From: Octopus bimaculoides
Taxonomy: Eukaryota
DNA length: 56,294 bases
Direction: 5' to 3'
NCBI RefSeq assembly: GCF_001194135.2
Contig: NC_068987.1
Coordinates: forward strand, 47,274,907-47,331,200
Shown: piece after piece, positions 49,150 through 56,294 of the stretch
Layout: every line of letters begins with the position of its first letter
Position numbering within the stretch: position 1 is the stretch's first letter
Made by a program: the position numbers and the translations under genes
Notes under the pieces: generated by a model
Databases searched by the model: none
Told to the model about the DNA's origin: nothing
Seen by the model: only the letters and a program-made list of their open reading frames with translations

Positions 49150-49529
49150 TTTTTAAGTGCGAATAGAAGGACCAAGAATGTGGTTTATCAATGCAAGGTA
49201 ATGTCTCATTTTACGTAGGTAGCTCATCGACGCAGGTCTCCAAGAGAATATTGAATCATTATACGTCATTTAGGGATAGGAATAAAGCTAGCACCACCGG
49301 CCTAAGTAAATTTATTTGGGAACTGAAAGATTGCAATAAGCAATTCTCTTTGGAATGGTCTATACTGGCTACCTCAGTTCCCTACGACAAAGGTAGGGAT
49401 TTTTGTCCTCTTTGTAACTTGGAGCTTTTCCATATTCTGTTCTTTAAGAATCGCCTAGTTAACCAAATAACACAGAGGGCGTATCGTTGTCAGCACTACA
49501 AGAGGCATACCTTCATTTATTATCGTTGA
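49150..49529 (+). mobile_element. Intronic PLE GIY-YIG endonuclease fragment, paralogous to 12295-12653
   Basis: Reads KNVVYQCKV(fs)FYVGSSSTQVSKRILNH...TTGLSKFIWELKD...CPLCNLE...YRCQH. Confidence 0.85.
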
Positions 49530-49577
49530 CTCCATCATTCCAACTAGGTTAGGTTTTAAGCATTATTATTATTATTA

Positions 49578-49624
<47 letters not shown>

Positions 49625-49634
49625 TATATACACT

Positions 49635-49796
49635 CTCTGAGTGGTTGGCGTTAGGAAGGGCATCCAGCTGTAGAAACTCTGCCAAATTAGATTGGAGCCT
49701 GGTGTTGCCATCTGGTTTCACCAGTCCTCAGTCAAATCGTCCAACCCATGCTAGCATGGAAAGCGGACGTTAAACGATGATGATGATGATGATGAT
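49635..49796 (+). mobile_element. RTE 3' tail; other tail fragments at ~36300-36345 (+), 47725-47900 (-), 51790-52200 (-) and 55180-55340 (-)
   Basis: ggaagggcatccagctgtagaaac...ccaacccatgctagcatggaaagcggacgttaaac(gat)n. Confidence 0.9.
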
Positions 49797-49838
49797 ACAC
49801 GTGTGCACACACACACACACCTTCATATATATGTATAT

Positions 49839-50880
49839 ACTGGGTTGGCAAGAAAGTAATTTCAGTTTTTTAGTATGAAATAAAAGTCATTTTTTTCATA
49901 CAAGGAATGAACTTTAATCACTTATATATTTTCCATTTTGTTTGGTGACCATTTGCTATCTCTCTGGTAACTTCATGATTCCGCACTCATAGAACTTCTG
50001 GTCCTTATCAGGGTTTTTTTTTATACTTCTTTTATTTTTCAAAATTAAGATAAAGTTCTTTTTTAATCTAAAATATACTCTCCTTCATTTTCTACAAAGC
50101 TCTTCCATCTATCTGGTAGACTTGCAAAGCCTCTCTTCCAAAATTCACTTGTCTGTAACGAAAATACTCTTCCACTACTGTTCTGACCTCGTCTACAGAA
50201 TTTGTATTTTTTCTGCCCAAATGATTTTGATAATCAGATAGGGCGAATTTGGTGGGTGGGGCATCATTTCCCATTCAAACTGCTCCAGCATTTGGAATGT
50301 CATCCTCAACTGTATGTGGCCGAGCATTATCCTGATGAAAGAACACCTTTTGTCTTGAAGCCAAAGATGGTTGTTTTTCTTCTAACACTGACTTGAATGA
50401 CTGGTTGAATGACCAAATCCAAGCTTCTCTGCTAGTTCTTCAACAGTTACAATGGGATTTTGTTCCACTAGGGTTTGCAGGAAGTCCTCGTTGAGCTCTA
50501 CAGATCTTCTAGGATGAGGCTCGTCTTCTAGGCTGTAGTTTCTGGCTTAGAATTTCTGGAACCACAGTTGAGACTGGCTTAGGCTTGTTATCCAATCCCC
50601 ATATACTGCATTTAATATTCCTCACACTTTCCATTGAATTGTTGCCTTTATTGAACTCATAAAGCAAAATATGCCAAATGTGCTCCTTTGTCACTTCCAT
50701 TATAGCTTTGAAAAAATAACTGTTAAAATTGAACTGCTCTCTTCAAAACTTGTACTAAGAATAAGGACAATGTAAAATTATACCTGCTTTTATAGCAAGT
50801 TGATGCAGTAGTTTATCCCATCCTCCTCCAACTTTTAGTTCATGCAATTGAAAAAAACCGCATTACTTATGGGATGACCA
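49839..50880 (-). mobile_element. Internally deleted mariner element
   Basis: Reads MEVTKEHIWHILLYEFNKGNN; LVEQNPIVTVEELAEKLGFGHST; then jumps to VFFHQDNARPH...MPHPPNSP..SDY. Diverged Hsmar-like TIRs with TA at both ends. Confidence 0.85.
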
Positions 50881-51440
50881 ATATATATATTGGGTAGAGA
50901 GAGAGACAGCTATGCAAATAAAAGAAACTGCTTGGGTTTGATATAGAAAATATATATACATGTAAAGAGAGAGAAAGCAAAGACTGAAACTTTTCAGACA
51001 ATAAGTATTCATCCAATGTTTATTTGCTTCCATTACTGGTTGCATATTCTGGTGAACTACATCTGCCAACATCTGAGCCCCCAGAAACAGCTGTTATACT
51101 TATAACATCATACCTTCTCCCCTTTAATTTCCTCTGTTGTTTGTAATTGGTGTAAGTTTGCTCTATTAACATATAAATATATATTTATACTTGAACATTC
51201 ATCGTCTGAAAATTTTCAGTCTTTGCTTTCGACATGTATAAATGTATATATATTTTGTATATCAAACCCAGGCAGTTTTATTTGCTTATTCCCATAACTA
51301 TCTCCATGTCTGCTCACCTAGGTTCCCCTTATACCTACTCTTTAGTCCACAGACTGGTAAAGATATCAGAGTGTAAGTTCAAATTATCTGAGCGCTATGA
51401 AGTGTTTTCCACATTGAGAATCTCTGGATCTCATCTGTTG

Positions 51441-51481
<41 letters not shown>

Positions 51482-51554
51482 NNNNNNNNNNNNNNNNNNN
51501 NNNNNNNNNNNNNNNNNNNNNNNNNNNNNNNNNNNNNNNNNNNNNNNNNNNNNN

Positions 51555-51683
51555 TTTTCTTATTGTGCCTTAAAATTTAACACACTCACCGGTAAAATTT
51601 CCACTTAATTTTCTTTTTATTTTCCTAAAATAAGTGGAAATTTTACCGGTGAGTGTATTAAATTTTAAGGCACAATAAGAAAA
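51555..51683. repeat. 53-bp near-perfect inverted repeat with a 23-bp spacer (probable PLE terminal sequence)
   Basis: Arms 51555-51607 / 51631-51683 with 1 mismatch. It abuts an N-gap. Confidence 0.8.
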
Positions 51684-52278
51684 TGACTCTCCCCAGACAC
51701 AACAGAATGTGCTTCAACACACGAAATCACATAAAAAACCTTGCAAACCAAATCCAAAAACGAAATATATATATATATATATATATATCATCATCATCAT
51801 CGTTTAACATTCACTTTCCATACTGGCATGGGTTGGATGGTTTGACATAGCTGGCCAGCTGAGAGCTGTCCAGACTCCTGTTGTCTGTTGTGACATGGTT
51901 TTTAATGCTGGATGCCCTTCCTAACACCAACCACCTAACAGAGTGTGTCGGGTGCTTATGTGCCACTGGCACAGATATGTTTATGCAACACTGGCATAGG
52001 TGTGTTAATGCAGTACTGACACTGGTGCATTTACACAACACTGGCACAGGTGTATTTATGCAGCACCTGCATGGGTGTGTTTATGCAGCACCAGCACAGG
52101 TGCTTTTTATGTGGCACTGGCACCTGAAAGGGACAAGCCTGTATGTATGCAAGACAGTGATTTTACTTAGCTTGATGCATCCTATCAAGTGCAATAGATT
52201 TCCACATTTACTCTGGTCCCCTGTTGTTTATTTTTATATATATATAACTTGACATCAAAACAAACAACAACATATATA

Positions 52279-52375
<97 letters not shown>

Positions 52376-52839
52376 ATATATTGACTTAAGGCACTTTCTT
52401 TTCTATTATAGAAGATCCAAAAGACTGAGACAACAGACATCTTCACCTCCAAGATCTTCGAGACAACCAATGTAATTGAGATTCTTTCACATTCTTTTTG
52501 AAGTCGTGGTTGTGGTGGTGGTGATGTACATGGCATTTCTTGCAATGATTGTATTGAGGAAAATTGATGGTGTATGTGGCAGTACTCGTATTGATGGTAG
52601 AGGGAGGTGATTGTGAAGATATGAAGTGCATTACAGAAGTTTTAAGACTTTTTGAGGAGAGGCAGTTATAACTGTCTTAGATTATTGTAATTTAAGTATC
52701 ATTACTATCCATCTAAAAAGCTGATCTGCCAACTTTTGTTATTCCAGATTGAAGGAGATGGCTGTAACAACACTTTGAACACACCCTACTAAACACTGCT
52801 TGTCACAGCCAACTAGTTTAGAGAAGGCAGTCAGGATGT

Positions 52840-53528
52840 TTGGAATTTTACTATGCAAAGAAGTTTTGTGTTAAATTGGACAAAAATGCTACAGAAACTT
52901 ATGAAATGTTCTGACTGCTTATGGATTAACATCTCCACTGGCACAGGCACAAGAGATTGAAGGACAGTAGAGAAGAGATGAGAGATGACAAGAGGGTGAA
53001 GGGAAGAGGGATGGTAGAACATGAGAGCTTGTTGAGAAAATTCTCAATTTTCTGGATGAAGACTGTCGTGTCTATAAAGACAATATAGTATATAGTTTGG
53101 AGCTGGTGTGGCAATTGTACACTGATTTATTCATGGAGATCTGAGCATGTGCAAAATTTGTGTAATATTTGTTCCTCAGGTGCTCAGTGACAAGCATCCT
53201 GTTAACTAACTACTTGACAGAGGTGGACATCAGAACTGTTCACTACCTTCCTTACGGTCCAGACCTTGCTCCTTGTGACTATTTGTTGTTTCCCCAAAAA
53301 ACCTTAGGGGCAGTCATTTTGAGAAGATGAAGGAGGCTGTGACAAGGATCCTGGACAACTTCAGAGGACTTCTATGGGGCCTTCACAAAGTGGCTAGAGA
53401 ATTACAAGTACCTTGAAGTTAGAGCATTCTACTGTGAAGAAGGTTACAGTTTTGTGCTTTTTAAAAAAAAAATTAATAAATGTCTTACTTGAAAAAAAAG
53501 TTTCAAAACTTCTGGAATGTCCCTTGTA
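52840..53528 (+). mobile_element. Internally deleted mariner element
   Basis: Reads KFCVKLDKNATETYEM; HGDLSMCKICVIFVPQVLSD; then VDIRTVHYLPYGPDLAPCDYLLFP. The right end gtcccttg|TA is TIR-like. Confidence 0.75.
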
Positions 53529-53879
53529 GTTCAAGTAGAGGTAGTTATAATAATGTAAGCAGATGTGCTAGTTATGAAAGTCATCCTCATTGTTTTAAAG
53601 TACACTTTTCTATGCTTGCGTGATTGGATGGAGTTTCTTAAGTTAAGCCTCACCTGTTTCCAAGTAAATTAATATTTGTCCGTAGCCACATATGTTTTTA
53701 CAGTATTGGAAATGAATGACACTGCTTGGGTGACAATGGTACTCATTTACAACTATCATGCAATGTCAAGACAAAGAGACACAAACATACCAAATTGAAA
53801 CTCCATATCATGCACAAAATAAAATCATTATCTTCATTTAATGTTCGCTTTCAATGCTGGCATGGATTGGATGGTTTGT

Positions 53880-54420
53880 TTTGAAATTAAAGGACCCTAA
53901 TGTGCGTGAAAATCTTCAGAAAGCTATTGAGGAAGTTAAATTTGATAGAACTTGGGATCAGTTTCAAACCAAGGTCTACAATGTTTGGGTTGTTGGTTTT
54001 GGTTTTAGAAAAACATTGGGATTGGTTTCATGAAAATGATCTGTTGAGCTCTAACTTCTTTAAGATAAAAAACATGCTATGCCCAAAAATATCTCAGTGT
54101 ACCAGATAAAGATCAAAAGTCTTTACTGTAGTGTCTCAGAGGGGTGAAAAAATCATTACTCCAGTGCAAAATACAACAAATGAAAAGCTAGTAGTGGTCA
54201 GGTGTTTCTGAGAAAATTCAGTAAAGACTCATAAACAATATATCACTTAATCAAACAACTCGTTAGTCCTCAGTCTTTATCTATAGAACTTCTTGCATCT
54301 AAGGACGATTCCTTTGTCTTAATGGATCGTGAGGATATCATGAAACAATGTACTGAGCACTTAACTGCTCTTTTTTACAATACCTGAATTATTGATGAAA
54401 TTGTCATCAGTATTCTACCC
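53880..54420 (+). mobile_element. RTE/BovB-like linker-region remnant
   Basis: Reads KLKDPNVRENLQKAIEE...WDQFQTKVYN; KHWDWFHEND. Confidence 0.6.
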
Positions 54421-54477
54421 CAAATGGACCATTTCCCTACCAATGAAAAAAAAAAGATGTTTTATATATATAAGCAC

Positions 54478-54838
54478 AGGCATGGCTGTGTGGTAAGAAG
54501 TTTGCTTCCCAACCACATGGTTCTGGGTTCTCTCCTGCTGCACAGCGCTTTTGGAGAGTGTTTTCTACAAAACCATTAGGCCTTGTGAGTGGATTTGGTA
54601 GAGGGAAAATGAAAGAAGCCTGTCGTGTGTGTTTATTTTTGTCCCCCTCTGCTTGACAAACGTTATTGTAATGTTTAAGTCCCCATAATTTAGCAGTTTG
54701 GCAAAAGAGACCAATAGAATAAGTACCAGGCTTGAAAAGACAATAAGTACTGGAATTGACTAGTCTGACTAAAATTCCTCAAGGTAGTGCCCCAGCATGG
54801 CTACAGTCTAATGACTGAAACAAAATAAAAGATAAAAA
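54478..54838 (+). mobile_element. SINE family A, older full-length copy
   Basis: Family motifs present but more diverged. Confidence 0.8.
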
Positions 54839-55052
54839 ATATCACATGTGCATGTGTATGCATGGAGAAATGGGTGTTAAAATTATGATGGTCATGATCT
54901 TGATAATTTTATTGTGCAATTAATAACCTCGTCACCCAGCTAGTGATAGAGACAGGGTTAAACTCCTGTTGATCATTTCTGTCTCAGATATGTTTAATAT
55001 TATTTTATTACAACTTTTGTACATAATTCATGATTGTTATTGTTATTTTCAG

Positions 55053-55121
55053 AAATAACGAAGTAACTAGCACTCCAAAAATTGACAATTTGAACCTATC
55101 TCCAAGTCTACCAACCATGAT
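55053..55121 (+). CDS. Host gene, internal 69-nt coding exon (V-NNEVTSTPKIDNLNLSPSLPTM), phase 2-2; gene continues beyond the window
   Basis: Acceptor ttgttattttcag| and donor AT|GTAAGT at 55122. It is open in the frame inherited from the previous exon and has the same S/T-P-rich composition. Confidence 0.8.
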
Positions 55122-55581
55122 GTAAGTTCAGGATTCTATTCTTGAGTGTGTGTGAGTGTATGTGGGTACCATCACCATCATTTACCATCCATCTTCCATA
55201 CTGATGTGGGTTAGACGGTTTGACAGGGTCCAATGGGTAGGGAAACTGCATTGATCTCTAATGTTCTCTTTGGCATACTTTCAAAGGCTGGATGTCCTTC
55301 CTAATGCCAACCACCTATTGTACTAAATACTATTTTTGTTGGCACCAACACTAGTGTGGTTGAAGTGTGACTTGCAAAATTAAAAAAAAAACCTTCAACT
55401 TTCTGGGAGTAAAGGAGATGGGAGGCAGTGTTACATTATAGAGAAAAAGGAACAGATTTCTTGCTATAGAGGAGATACATGGCAACAATGAATTATATTA
55501 GGGTGGGAGTGGGATTTTGTGGTGGAACTGAAAACTCTGTGTGTGTATATATATATGTGTGTGTGTATGTATTTATAAATG

Positions 55582-55623
<42 letters not shown>

Positions 55624-55626
<3 letters not shown>

Positions 55627-56294
55627 GGTGCGATGGGTAAATTGTTGCCATTTTATATTTTTTATTTTGTGCATGCACATTGCTTGTTTTGATTTTGTCA
55701 ACTGCACAGTATAGTAAGGTCAGTTGGGCAGTGTCCTTGAGCAAAACAACACCATGATGCAATTCACTCTGCCAGGAATTTGGAAACAACATGTGGTACT
55801 GCTTGGCATTTGCGCCAGAAGCTCCAATGCAAACATTTCAGAGTGTTTGGGTGTCATTCTGAGGACATGTACTGAGAGTGATAAAAATCAAACATCCAGT
55901 CAATATCATGGTGTTTGGAGTGATCACTAGTGATGGCGACGTTATGCCTCCATTCATCTTCCCACACAGCCTCAGACTCAACACAGAGGCCTACATCAAG
56001 TGGCTGAAGGAAGTAGTGCTGTCTTGGATCAAGAGGGTGGCTACTGGAAGACCCTATGTCTGGCAACAGGGCTCTGCACCATGTCACACAAGCAGGAGAA
56101 CCCAGTCAGGGTCAGACAATTTCTGCAACACATCACCCCTAACATCTGGCCACCTAACTCCCCAGGCTGCAACCCCCTTGATTATTATGTGTGGGGTGCA
56201 GTTGAGCGAAAGACCAACAAAACTCCTTGTAACACCAAAGATGAACTGAAGGCAAGGATTATGGCAGCATTCACCAACTTAAACAAGGAGACTG
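55624..56294 (+). mobile_element. Internally deleted maT (DD37D-like) Tc1/mariner element, runs off the window
   Basis: TA|CAGGGTG left end; N-terminus QFTLPGIWKQHVVLLGI; then MVFGVITSDGDVMPP...WQQGSAPCH...WPPNSPGCNPLDYYVW. The second D has become G, and there is a frameshift. Confidence 0.8.

Overview
AT-rich eukaryotic scaffold with 13 N-gaps (3103-3322, 10243-10342, 11181-12158, 19873-20772, 25185-25194, 27355-27563, 32936-33796, 34103-34202, 38699-38713, 39929-40215, 44056-45051, 46554-46643, 51482-51554). The dense (TA)n/(TG)n microsatellites, tRNA-derived SINEs and RTE LINE tails ending in (GAT)n point to an octopus (cephalopod) genome; this is an inference. Most of the window is decayed mobile DNA: two SINE families, RTE, CR1/L2 and Tx1/L1 LINE fragments, Penelope-like elements (PLE), Tc1, mariner and maT elements, and hAT, Merlin and Helitron fragments. 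One host gene is supported on the + strand by three in-frame spliced coding exons (47163-47659, 48891-48950, 55053-55121) encoding the basic, S/T-P-rich N-terminus of an unidentified protein that continues past the window. A weaker minus-strand spliced candidate lies at 26.4-27.7 kb. The most notable structures are an apparently intact type I hammerhead ribozyme (38885-38970) with decayed relatives, a foldback element with head-to-head TTAGGG/CCCTAA repeats at its centre (37448-38184), a 580-bp inverted duplication of a Tx1 LINE 3' end (5441-6754), and a 64-bp MITE with a perfect 9-bp target duplication (42636-42699). No clearly novel multi-gene system is visible. Most ORFs in the supplied track are microsatellite or gap artefacts.
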